The position numbers and the translations under genes are program-made. A DNA stretch of 64,000 nucleotides from an uncultured cyanobacterium (GTDB lineage: Bacteria > Cyanobacteriota > Cyanobacteriia > Phormidesmidales > Phormidesmidaceae), in assembly GCA_963793265.1 (NCBI GenBank), contig CAWBZI010000003.1:1-64000 (forward strand). The letters are read 5' to 3'. Within the stretch, counting starts at the first letter, position 1, and each line of letters opens with the position of its first letter. This document shows, piece by piece, positions 29,233 through 38,395 of this stretch. The notes below the pieces were generated by a model. That model had not been told where the DNA came from. It ran no database searches and saw only the letters and a program-made list of their open reading frames with translations.

Positions 29233-32200
29233 GGGCGATCAGTCTCCTTGGGAGCGGGTTGGGTGACCGTTTCCTCAATTATCCAGCTAAGGCTTAAGCG
29301 CACATTTTGCCCTGGTTTGACCGTTTTGCCTAGTGCGATTAGGGTATCTTGTGCGGCTTTGAAGTTGATATCGGCTTTGCTGCCTTCGCTGACTTTTTGA
29401 ATGACGGTAACGGTTTTGGGTGTTTTTCCTTTGACGGTTTTTGCGGGGGGTGGCGAAACGGGAGGCGCAACCGGGGGCGGTGAAACGGGAGCCGTATCGG
29501 CTGGGGGAACTGGCTGTACGGGTGCAGCGGGTTGCTGGGTGAGCAGTCTGACGGCCTGGTTTTGCGATTTTTTGATTTGTAAGCCCAGGGCAATCACGTG
29601 CTCGTCGCTGCTGAGGGCTTTAGTAATATCGCTCAAAATGCTCTGGGCTTCTGGCTGGCGCTTGTCGGTAAGATTGGCGATGCCCTGAAAAATATCCCAG
29701 CTAATGCTCTCTAAGGTTCCGGTCAGGGTAGCGGCTTTTTTTAGGCATTCGGACATGGCGGCTTCTGAGGTAGCGATCGCGCTGCTTGCGAGCACTTCAA
29801 TACTTTCGTCAGCTTTAGCTGAGCTGAGCTGTTCTAACAAAGCGAGTGTGGTAGTAGCGGTAGATAGGCGATCGCACTCCTTTTCAAGCGCTAGTTCTGC
29901 AAAAGCCGCTTGCAGCGCCTGCACGTAAGCCTGGCAATCTTCCAGCCGCGCTTTGGCTTTTTGCTGCACCCTAGCTTCTAGGTCGCTGGCGGTGCTGGCT
30001 TTGCGCAGGGCCGTGACCGATAGACCAAAGATGGCTTTGGCTTTTTGGATTGCGATCGCCCAGTCGGCTTCAGTCGGCAGCTTTTGTTCGCGCAGTTCGC
30101 AGTCGTTAGGAATCTCTTTGAGCGTGACATCAATGAGGTTGTTGTGGCGAAAAAAGCTGCGTCCGGTTTGCTCGGCGTAGGTAAGAATCACCAGATTTTG
30201 CAGCTCTTTAGAAAGACCCATTGGCTTAGGCCGATCTATCCACTGGCGCAGGCCACTAACCTGAGGTGTGCTGCCTGCTTTGGCAATCTCCTTAGTGAAG
30301 TGTTGTTTCCAGTGCTGAGCCAAAACAAAATGAGTCTCTGCCATTTCTCCGAGCATGAGCGGATTGGCAATTTGCCTGAGTAAAGGGCGTACGGCTCGCT
30401 CCACCTCTATTCTGCCGTCGGGAGTTTGGGCAGCTTGGCTAACGTACTGATATACCTTTTGCAGGCTGTTAAACTTGCTGGCGTCGGCTTCAAAGTTGGG
30501 CGCTGCTGGAAACTCATGGGCAAGCGCTTGTGAGAGTAGGTGTTCTAGTCCATCTGAGAGATTGGCTACTGTGGGCGGCTGTAGTTCAAAGCCGGGCTGT
30601 AAGGAGACGAACTGTTCGTTGAGTTCTAGGCTAAGCGCGTTGTCTAAAGAGTCGCGGGCGGTGCTGATACCATAGGCGGCATCTATGTGCTGGCAAACTC
30701 TTTGTCGTAAGACGCTGCGCTGGTTTTCGAGCAAAGATTTAGCGGTTTGGCGATCTTGTGGGGAGAGATGATTGGCGTAGCCAGAAAATCTTTCTCCTGT
30801 CAGGACATGATCTAACACTAACAATGTGCCGAGTTCTTTTTTGGCTTCTTCACTAAAAAAGGAGGGAATCCAGCAGAGGGTTTTAGCACCTTCAGCGTGG
30901 TCGTCTTTAAAAGCTTCGCAGGTTTGGCGATCGTCTTTGGGGGAGAAGGTGGCCTCGTCGAAGGGATAGTCGATCACCAGTTTCCAGCGGTCGTCTATGT
31001 TTTCTAGAGAGGCGGCGGGAAGTTCTCGAATGTTGCCGAAGATGATCGCGCCAGAACGCTTGGTGTTTTTCCAGATGAAGTCGTAAGACTGCTCGAACTG
31101 GTCTTCGCCTTGAATGTTGAGCTGGCTATACACCATATCTTTTACCAGGCGAATGCGATTGCCGCGATTGTCTTCTCGTTCGGCCTGCTTGAGGATGGTT
31201 TCGGTATCGACGCCTGAGAGCTGAATAGAAATGCTGGGGTTGGCGTTTTCCTCGCCAATGCGAATTTCACCCACGCTGGCGGCCCATGACTTGCAGCGGC
31301 GCAGCACTTCCTGACCCTCTCGTCCAAGAATGGGAGACTTGATGGTGCCGTGGTTGAGGCTAGCTAGGCGTTCGGCGGTGAGGCCACGTAAGGATTCGAC
31401 TTCGGGAACTAGGGCAGAAAGTAGGAGGGTTTTGATCAGGCGGTCGTCGTTGCGGAAGGCGGCGTGTTTGGGATCGGTGAGCGGAAGCTGTGCTATTTCT
31501 TCTTTGCGACCGTGAGTTTTTTCTAGTTCGGAGAGCAGCTTTTGCTGGTAGAGGCGCTTGGCGTTGTTGAAGTGAGTAGCCATGTCGGGGCTAAAAGCTT
31601 CGTCACCGTGGGCGACAACATCGAACAGATCGCCTACAGGAACAATGTCGCCGACGCTGAGGCTTTCGCGGTGATCTACTAGGAGCTGCATCATCACTTT
31701 GAGGGCGGTGCGTTCTCTTTGCAATACGCTAGAGACGGCAATCAGCGTTTGGACTAAAGCGGGGCTGAAGGGATACACTTTGCGAAACATTTCTCTGTCG
31801 CCTTCGCTGGTGAGCAGAGTGTTCATCACCGACTCTCGCACTTTGGCTGTTTGATCAAAGGCGGCGTTGAGTTCTGCTCGGGCAGCTTTGTTCTTGCATT
31901 TGAGCACTCTTTTTTCGGCGATCGCAGGCAGGTTACGATCTTCTAGGGTAATGCGATGGAAGCGGCCTTCCCAGTGCTTAAGCGCGTCGCTAAAGTTAAG
32001 GCGTTCGGCACCGGGGATGGAGTCGCCAATAAGTTCGCTCAGGTCGCGCTGGCGGGCGACGAAGCTGACGATGGGGATGGGGCGATCGGCGAGCTGGGCT
32101 TCGACGAGTTTGGAGAGTTTTTGGCCTTCTTGGTGAATGAATTTGAGGTCGGTGGCGCGGCTAGCGAGCCAGAGGATGAGTTCGTCGAGAAAGAGGATGA

Positions 32201-32981
32201 GGGCATCGTAGCCGAGGGCTTTGGCGTGTTTGCTGATGACGCTAAGGCCCTGATCGAGCGAGATGAAGGCTTCGCCTTTGCTGCCGGTTTGGATGTCGTA
32301 GGAGTTGAAGAACTGCTTGATTAGGTCGTTGATGAGTTTGGATCGTTCTTCTTCGCCGGGGGCGGCGGTGAGGGCGGCTTGGAAGCGATCGCTGTCCCAG
32401 CTTTTGGAGAGTTTGCCCCACCCGCTGCTGGTGCTGGTAGCTTCGCTGAGCTTGCTAAAGAATGCGTCGTCGCCCATGGTGGCACGTAGAGACTGGGCGT
32501 CGTTAAAAAGACCTTCGGCGAGGTATACGCCAGGGATGGGGGCGGTGGGATGGTTGCGGCGCACGAAGTCTACGTAGCCGCCGAGGATGCCGGATTCCAT
32601 GTTGGTTGCGCCGATCATGTGGTAGGGCACGAGGAGGAATTTTTTGCCGGTGATCCAGTCGTTGTGTTTGGTGATAACGGGGGCGAGTTCGGTGATGCCT
32701 TTGGCTTCGGGAATGCCTTGGAGGATGAGGTTGAGTACGGCCATGAAGTGGCTTTTGCCGCTGCCGAAGCTGCCGTGTAGGTAGCTGGCTTTGCTGCTGT
32801 TGCTGCTGAGGGCGCTGCTGATGAAGGTGAGGGCGTTGTCGAAGCAGTCTTTGAGTTCGGGGGTGACTACGTAGTCGCGCAGGGTGCTTTCGGGGCGGGT
32901 GACGCCCTCGGTGAGTTTGAGTACGAAGTCGCCTTTTTGGACGCGCTCGGGAATGTGAATAAGGTCTTTAATAAGTGTCAT
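29229..32981 (-). CDS. pglY: BREX-2/Pgl ATPase PglY
   Basis: MTLIKDLIHIPERV.KGDFVLKL N-terminus, Walker A LHGSFGSGKSHFM, Walker B LFLDELILWL, YPFSPAL and LQRERTALK. Confidence 0.9.
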   Translation of the reverse strand: MTLIKDLIHIPERVQKGDFVLKLTEGVTRPESTLRDYVVTPELKDCFDNALTFISSALSSNSSKASYLHGSFGSGKSHFMAVLNLILQGIPEAKGITELAPVITKHNDWITGKKFLLVPYHMIGATNMESGILGGYVDFVRRNHPTAPIPGVYLAEGLFNDAQSLRATMGDDAFFSKLSEATSTSSGWGKLSKSWDSDRFQAALTAAPGEEERSKLINDLIKQFFNSYDIQTGSKGEAFISLDQGLSVISKHAKALGYDALILFLDELILWLASRATDLKFIHQEGQKLSKLVEAQLADRPIPIVSFVARQRDLSELIGDSIPGAERLNFSDALKHWEGRFHRITLEDRNLPAIAEKRVLKCKNKAARAELNAAFDQTAKVRESVMNTLLTSEGDREMFRKVYPFSPALVQTLIAVSSVLQRERTALKVMMQLLVDHRESLSVGDIVPVGDLFDVVAHGDEAFSPDMATHFNNAKRLYQQKLLSELEKTHGRKEEIAQLPLTDPKHAAFRNDDRLIKTLLLSALVPEVESLRGLTAERLASLNHGTIKSPILGREGQEVLRRCKSWAASVGEIRIGEENANPSISIQLSGVDTETILKQAEREDNRGNRIRLVKDMVYSQLNIQGEDQFEQSYDFIWKNTKRSGAIIFGNIRELPAASLENIDDRWKLVIDYPFDEATFSPKDDRQTCEAFKDDHAEGAKTLCWIPSFFSEEAKKELGTLLVLDHVLTGERFSGYANHLSPQDRQTAKSLLENQRSVLRQRVCQHIDAAYGISTARDSLDNALSLELNEQFVSLQPGFELQPPTVANLSDGLEHLLSQALAHEFPAAPNFEADASKFNSLQKVYQYVSQAAQTPDGRIEVERAVRPLLRQIANPLMLGEMAETHFVLAQHWKQHFTKEIAKAGSTPQVSGLRQWIDRPKPMGLSKELQNLVILTYAEQTGRSFFRHNNLIDVTLKEIPNDCELREQKLPTEADWAIAIQKAKAIFGLSVTALRKASTASDLEARVQQKAKARLEDCQAYVQALQAAFAELALEKECDRLSTATTTLALLEQLSSAKADESIEVLASSAIATSEAAMSECLKKAATLTGTLESISWDIFQGIANLTDKRQPEAQSILSDITKALSSDEHVIALGLQIKKSQNQAVRLLTQQPAAPVQPVPPADTAPVSPPPVAPPVSPPPAKTVKGKTPKTVTVIQKVSEGSKADINFKAAQDTLIALGKTVKPGQNVRLSLSWIIEETVTQPAPKETDRP

Positions 32982-33061
32982 GAGAATAGCGGCTTGGGTT
33001 TAGGAATTTGACGGTTTAGCGATTGTGATATAGCAAGCAGCGAATTGCATTCGTCGTTTGC

Positions 33062-33126
33062 TAGTCGCTTAGCCTTTTGTGACTCAAGGGTCTTAGCCGC
33101 ACGCTATGCCGTAAGCTAAGCGACTA
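33062..33126. repeat. 12-bp inverted repeat between mazF and pglY
   Basis: TAGTCGCTTAGC ... GCTAAGCGACTA with a spacer of about 41 bp. Confidence 0.75.
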
Positions 33127-33152
33127 AAGCTATAGTTCAGCGATGGATAGTG

Positions 33153-33470
33153 TTAGTCATCTGCCGCAATTATTGTTGCGATAGATAGCGTTGTTTTAAT
33201 GAGGGTTTGGCTGGAAGCCGTGCCTAGCTTTCGGATAAACCGTTTGAGATCAACACTTCGCATCTGTAGTGTATCGATAGCGGAAAGCTTTCTTAAGCCG
33301 TTGCTGGCGTCAGGTTTAATTTTTATGTGCCAGGCGTTTCGACTGAAGCTGGGTTTCCAATCGGTGATAGGGACGATGAGTTTGACAGGTAAGCGCCCCA
33401 TCTTATTAGCGCTAATGACAACGACGGGACGTGTTTTTTGAATCTCTGAGCCAATGGTTGGATCGAGGTC
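33153..33470 (-). pseudogene. mazF: PemK/MazF toxin, 5'-truncated
   Basis: LDPTIGSEIQKTRPVVVIS...IVPIT...QMRSVDLKRF. The normal RG(E/D)(V/I)W start is absent; upstream sequence is antisense intron ORF. Confidence 0.75.
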
Positions 33471-35113
33471 AAAATCGTTCTCCTTTGAGAGATGTCTATC
33501 GACAACTGTATAAAAAGCTTTCTCCGAAAGATATTTCGAAAGATCGGTACGAGCGCTATCGTTGGACACCCGTTCGACGAATACACATTCCTAAGAAAAA
33601 CGGTAAAACCAGACCGTTGGGCATTCCGAGCTGGTCAGACAAACTGCTCCAGGACGTGATTCGCTCTCTTCTAGAGGCTTATTACGAACCGCAGTTTTCT
33701 AGACATTCACATGGTTTCAGACCAGGACGCGGCTGTCACACGGCCTTAGTGGAAATTAAGAAGGTGTGGCACGGAACCAAGTGGTTCATCGAAGGCGATA
33801 TCCGAGGCTGTTTCGACAGCATTGATCAGGAGATTCTGCTGTCAATCCTGAAAGAAGATATCCACGATAACCGCTTCCTCCGTCTGATGAAGAACCTGTT
33901 GCGGGCAGGATACATGGAAAATTGGCGGCGCACACCGACCTTGAGCGGGACACCGCAAGGGTCAATTCTGAGTCCAATTTTATCCAACCTGTATCTCAAT
34001 CGGTTCGATGCATTTGTCGAACAGACCTTGATTCCAGACTACACAAAGGGCAAGAAGCGGGCGCATAATCCGTACTACAACCGCCTATCGAATAGAGCCT
34101 ACTATTTGAGACGGCAGGGTCAACCAGACGCGGCAAAAGTGTTGGAGAAGCTTCGCCGAAGTGTACCAGCCAATGACCCGCATGACCCGGCCTATCGGCG
34201 GTTGCACTACGTGCGATATGCGGACGATTTCTTGCTAGGCTTTGCAGGGCCAAATCAGGAAGCAGAGGACATCAAAACAAAAATCAGACAGTTCTTGCGC
34301 GATAGTCTCAAACTAGAGCTATCTGAAGAGAAGACTTTGATTACTCATGCAACCACCCAAAAGGCTCGATTTCTGGGCTACGACATTGCTGTGACTCAAT
34401 GTGATTCCAAAATCACGACGAACAGACGGTCTGTGAATGGCGGGATTGCTCTGCGAGTACCTGCTGCCTTCATTAATGACCGATGCCGTCGCTACATGAA
34501 GAAGGGCAAGCCTATTCACCGAAAGGAGCGAACTCACGAGACGGACTACAGCATCATCTGTCAGTACCAATCGGAGTACAGAGGTTACGTCCAGTACTAC
34601 CAGCTAGCGGACAACATCGCTTGGCTTTCTAAGCTGCACTGGGCAATGCGGTTGTCTCTACTCAAGACGTTGGCGCACAAGTACAAACTGAGTGTGGCCA
34701 AAGTACGCCGCCGATATGCGGCTACGGTAGAGACACCTAAAGGCCCCAGGAAGTGCTTAGAAGTTCAAGTGCCGCGAGCTGGGAAGAACCCTCTGGTTGC
34801 TCGCTTCGGGGGCATTCCATTGTGTGTCAACCGGGAGGCGATTATTCAAGACCGAGTACTCACTAAGCCATCAATGGGGCGGACTGAGCTAATTCAACGA
34901 CTGTTAGCAGACGCCTGTGAAGCTTGTGGCTCAACACTCAATGTTGAGGTACATCACATTCGGAAGTTGGCAGACTTGAACCAACCAGGGCGCAACCCTA
35001 AACCGGGATGGGCGAAACTCATGGCGGCGCGGCAAAGAAAGACATTAGTCCTCTGCCGTCAATGTCATCGGAATCTCCATGCTGGCAGGCCATTGAAGGC
35101 AAAGGCGGGATGA
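33461..35113 (+). pseudogene. ltrA: Group II intron reverse transcriptase/maturase with HNH domain, N-terminus damaged
   Basis: RPLGIPSWSDKLLQ, GFRPGRGCH, EGDIRGCFD, TPQGSILSP, YVRYADDF, X domain and CEACG...HH...LCRQCH. The native start and most of RT0 are missing. Confidence 0.88.
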
Positions 35114-35122
35114 GTGACTGGA

Positions 35123-35217
35123 GAGCTGTGATGCGGTGAAAGCCGCACGTCCGGTTCGGAGGGGGGACGATGGAAAAGGAGCTATCACCTAGCCACCTCG
35201 TCAGCGTCCTACCCTAC
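35123..35217 (+). ncRNA. Group II intron catalytic domain V and domain VI
   Basis: AGC triad, GAAA-containing loop, DVI stem with bulged A, and terminal UAC. Confidence 0.88.
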
Positions 35218-35688
35218 TTTTTAGAACTAGGAGAACGAAATAGCTTTACGGAGATAGAGTTAGAATCGGCTCTGATTGAACAATTGCAGGCATTTTTACT
35301 GGAGCTAGGCAAAGGATTTTCGTTTGTTGCCAGGCAGCGGCGGATTACGCTGGATGGAGAATTCTTTTATGTCGATTTGGTGTTTTACAACTATTTGTTG
35401 AAGTGTTTTGTACTGATTGATTTGAAGCTAGGCAAGCTGACGCATCAGGATATTGGTCAGATGGATACCTATGTTCGACTATACGAAGATCAATTCCGGC
35501 GAGAAGATGATAATCCGACTATCGGGCTAGTGTTGTGTTCAGAAAAGAATGAGGCAGTTGCAAAATACTCTGTTCTCTCTGATGGCAAACAGATTTTTGC
35601 ATCAAAATACCGCTTTGTGCTACCGACCGAAGAAGAATTAGCACAAAGCTTAATGGCTATAGAAGCAGAGATTGAAGACTTAGCTTGA
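35218..35688 (+). pseudogene. DUF1016 (YhcG-like PDDEXK) gene, 3' exon only
   Basis: FLELGER...FLLELGKGFSFVARQRR...DLVFYNYLLKCFVLIDLK...DIGQM...NPTIGLVLC starts exactly at the intron end. The 5' exon is not in the window. Confidence 0.85.
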
Positions 35689-35699
35689 CACCAACATAA

Positions 35700-36464
35700 T
35701 TAGCTAAAGTCATCCGGCTCTGAAGACACCGCTACTCTGTTCCACTCAATGCGCGGCAAATTTTCAGAGGCCGATGAGAGCGCTTCTTCCCAATAGCGCC
35801 GCATTTTTTCTAAAAACGGATCGCCCTCGTGAAGCTGAACGCGATCGCGCACCTCCAAAGCATCTGTCTCATACAGCACCATATCAATCGGCGGGCCTAC
35901 CGACAGATTTGAGCGCATCGTCGAATCCAACGACAGCAGTGCCGTTTTTGCCGCCCGATCCAGCGGCGTCTCATAGTCCAGCGTTCTATCTAAAATCGGC
36001 TTACCATACTTCGTCTCCCCAATCTGCAAAAACGGCGTTTCCGGCGTCGCCGCAATAAAATTGCCCTGGCTATACACCAAATACACCACAGGCGATTCGC
36101 CCGCAATCTGCCCGCCGACAATAAACGTACTCTGGTAGTCAATGCCGTCTTTCTCTAGCCAGGGCCGCTCTTTGTCCTGAATTTGGCGCATCGTTTCCCC
36201 CAAGTAGCTCGCGACTTCGTGCATAGAAGGCAGCGTGTGCAGATTGACCTCGGCCTCAGTTTTGAGGTGCTGCTCTAGGGTATGGATGACAGATTGGGAG
36301 GTGGATAGGCTGCCAGCGGTACAGAGGATGATGACGCGATCGCCCGGCACCGAAAAGTCAAACAGCTTTTGATAAGAAGAGATATAGTCTACCCCCGCAT
36401 TCGTGCGTGAGTCAGCCGCAAACACCAGCCCTTTCTCCACTGAAATTCCAAGGCAATAAGTCAT
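35700..36464 (-). CDS. Anbu proteasome-type (Ntn) protease
   Basis: MTYCLG (Thr1), ADSRTNAGVD, FLQIGETKYGKPILDR and STMRSNLSVGPP motifs. Confidence 0.93.
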   Translation of the reverse strand: MTYCLGISVEKGLVFAADSRTNAGVDYISSYQKLFDFSVPGDRVIILCTAGSLSTSQSVIHTLEQHLKTEAEVNLHTLPSMHEVASYLGETMRQIQDKERPWLEKDGIDYQSTFIVGGQIAGESPVVYLVYSQGNFIAATPETPFLQIGETKYGKPILDRTLDYETPLDRAAKTALLSLDSTMRSNLSVGPPIDMVLYETDALEVRDRVQLHEGDPFLEKMRRYWEEALSSASENLPRIEWNRVAVSSEPDDFS

Positions 36465-36556
36465 TTGTTAAGGGTCTATGCTGAAAAGTATACTGAGCCT
36501 AGCAAAGCAGTGGATCTTTCGCGCGATTCATAAGGCATACGTTGGAGCAAGTACCG

Positions 36557-37174
36557 ATGGCTAGCGGCTACACATACAATCTAAATTCTGGGCAGCTACT
36601 AACTCTGGTCAATCAGGGCGAGCAAACCACTGTGATGATCAGTAGCGGTGCAGGCACTCAGCAGCAGCAAAGCAGCAATGGGTTTGCGACGGGTTCGTGG
36701 GTCGGTGAGCCTCGCCTGTATAAAGTTGGCGCTGGCCTTTTTATTACCCTATCTACCCCGCTTCAGACCTACTACATTCAGTATCAGCAAGGGCAGGTGC
36801 AGGTTTCGACGGAGGTTTCGACGGAGGTGATGGATGAGGTGGCGCGATCGCAACCCATCCCCATGCAGCCGATGGCCAAACTCCCCGACGCCCCCACGCT
36901 AATCATGCCACCGATGCAGCCGATGGCAGGAATGAACCCAATACCCAAAATGCCCGACATGCAAATGAACAACCCCATGAGCATGACCATGGGCAACATG
37001 TCGATGAGCATGGCCGACGCCACTGCCAAAGCTACGAGCAAAACCACTACCGACACCACCCATCAGCCCGCCTCAGAAGCATCTCAATCAAATAAAAAGT
37101 TCTGCACCCAATGCGGCTCACCCATCGCCCCCACCGATAAATTCTGCGGCCAATGCGGCACAGCTCTCACCTAA
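36557..37174 (+). CDS. Zinc-ribbon domain protein with Met/Pro-rich linker
   Basis: C-terminal FCTQCG...FCGQCG; MQPM/MTMGNMSMSM-rich linker. Confidence 0.8.
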   Translation: MASGYTYNLNSGQLLTLVNQGEQTTVMISSGAGTQQQQSSNGFATGSWVGEPRLYKVGAGLFITLSTPLQTYYIQYQQGQVQVSTEVSTEVMDEVARSQPIPMQPMAKLPDAPTLIMPPMQPMAGMNPIPKMPDMQMNNPMSMTMGNMSMSMADATAKATSKTTTDTTHQPASEASQSNKKFCTQCGSPIAPTDKFCGQCGTALT

Positions 37175-37207
37175 ATTCTCTCCCAACTAATTCTCTCTTC
37201 TTCCCCC

Positions 37208-37939
37208 ATGACAAACCTTAGCGTCAACCTCAACAAAGTTGCCCTCCTCCGCAACGCCCGCCCGCTCACCATTCCCAGCGTCGTCAAAATGGGAGAACTC
37301 AGCATCAAAGCCGGAGCCCACGGCCTCACCGTCCACCCCCGCCCCGACGAGCGCCACATCCGCCGCACCGACGTATACGACCTCGCCACCCTTCTCAAAA
37401 ACCACCCCACCATCGAATACAACATCGAAGGCAATCCCTTAGAGTCTCCTTTTATGGACATTATCCGCGAAGTGCGCCCTGACCAGTGCACCCTCGTCCC
37501 TGACAATCCTACTCAAAACACATCTGACCACGGCTGGAATGTTGCCAAGGACGCCGATAAGCTTAAGCCGATTGTTGATGAACTAAAAGAGATCGGCTGT
37601 CGCGTTAGTTTGTTTATCGATCCAGACATAGAACAAATTAAGCTTGTTCCTCAGCTAGGATGCGAGAGAATTGAGCTGTATACTGAGCCCTACGCCACGG
37701 CCTATCGTGAGGGTGAAGGCGATGAGAGTTTTGAGCTATACAAACAAGCCGCAGAGTGTGCGCAGTCGCTAGGCATTGGTGTAAACGGCGGTCATGACCT
37801 GAACTTAGAGAATCTGCCCAAGTTTCGAGAGATTCCAAACCTGTTAGAGGTTTCTATCGGTCATGCCCTCACCGCAGACGCTTTGGAAATGGGATACGAA
37901 AACGCGGTAAAGGCATATCTGAAGGCGCTAGAGGCATAA
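37208..37939 (+). CDS. pdxJ: Pyridoxine 5'-phosphate synthase
   Basis: LSVNLNKVALLRNAR, TVHPRPDERHI, IELYTEPY, GHDL and EVSIGHAL motifs. Confidence 0.96.
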   Translation: MTNLSVNLNKVALLRNARPLTIPSVVKMGELSIKAGAHGLTVHPRPDERHIRRTDVYDLATLLKNHPTIEYNIEGNPLESPFMDIIREVRPDQCTLVPDNPTQNTSDHGWNVAKDADKLKPIVDELKEIGCRVSLFIDPDIEQIKLVPQLGCERIELYTEPYATAYREGEGDESFELYKQAAECAQSLGIGVNGGHDLNLENLPKFREIPNLLEVSIGHALTADALEMGYENAVKAYLKALEA

Positions 37940-38325
37940 TGGGCATTCAACGTCACTTCACGAACACGCCTTGGGAAGCCAGAGTCGGCTACTGCCGTGC
38001 CCTCCGCGCTGGTAACATCATTTACCTTTCTGGCACCGCTCCGGTTGACGATGACGGCAACACATTCGCGCCTGGTGATGCCTACGCCCAAGCGCGTCGC
38101 TGTTTTGAAATTATTCAACAGACGCTCGCTGATATGGAAACTGGTAGCTATAGCGTAGTACGCACTCGCATGTATGTGACTGATATCAGTCAGTGGGAAG
38201 CTTTCGGCAAGGCGCATCAGGAATGCTTCGGTGAGCATCCACCCGTCACAGCGATGGTAGAAGTTAAAGCTTTGATCAATGCAGATATGTTGATTGAGGT
38301 AGAAGCTGAAGCCTATGTGTTTTAA
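37939..38325 (+). CDS. RidA/YjgF family protein
   Basis: WEARVGYCRA, VVRTRMYVTD and LIEVEAEA motifs. Confidence 0.92.
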   Translation: MGIQRHFTNTPWEARVGYCRALRAGNIIYLSGTAPVDDDGNTFAPGDAYAQARRCFEIIQQTLADMETGSYSVVRTRMYVTDISQWEAFGKAHQECFGEHPPVTAMVEVKALINADMLIEVEAEAYVF

Positions 38326-38395
38326 TCCGCTTCCGTTCGGAGTGCGATCGCCCTTCGCAACAAAGGACTAAATCGCTCATCTCTCAAGTGCGCCT

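Larger units (their letters stand above)
33461..35217 (+). mobile_element. Group II intron (IIA/LtrA-like), 5'-truncated: IEP remnant plus DV and DVI
   Basis: RT/maturase/HNH ORF followed by DV (GAGCTGTGATGCGGTGAAAGCCGCACGTCCGGTTC) and DVI ending CCTACCCTAC at 35217. There is no room for domains I-III upstream of the ORF. Confidence 0.9.

Noticed and set aside
33050..33160. Integron attC site after mazF
   Set aside because: No proper RYYYAAC/GTTRRRY ends and no integron integrase or cassette array.
33431..33569. Apparent 139-bp antisense overlap of full-length mazF and RT ORFs
   Set aside because: Each extension is just the reverse strand of the other gene read through the breakpoint; homology stops at about 33460-33470.
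33461..35113. RT as a retron, DGR, Abi or CRISPR-associated RT serving the Pgl locus
   Set aside because: It has maturase X and HNH domains followed by canonical DV/DVI, so it is a group II intron protein.
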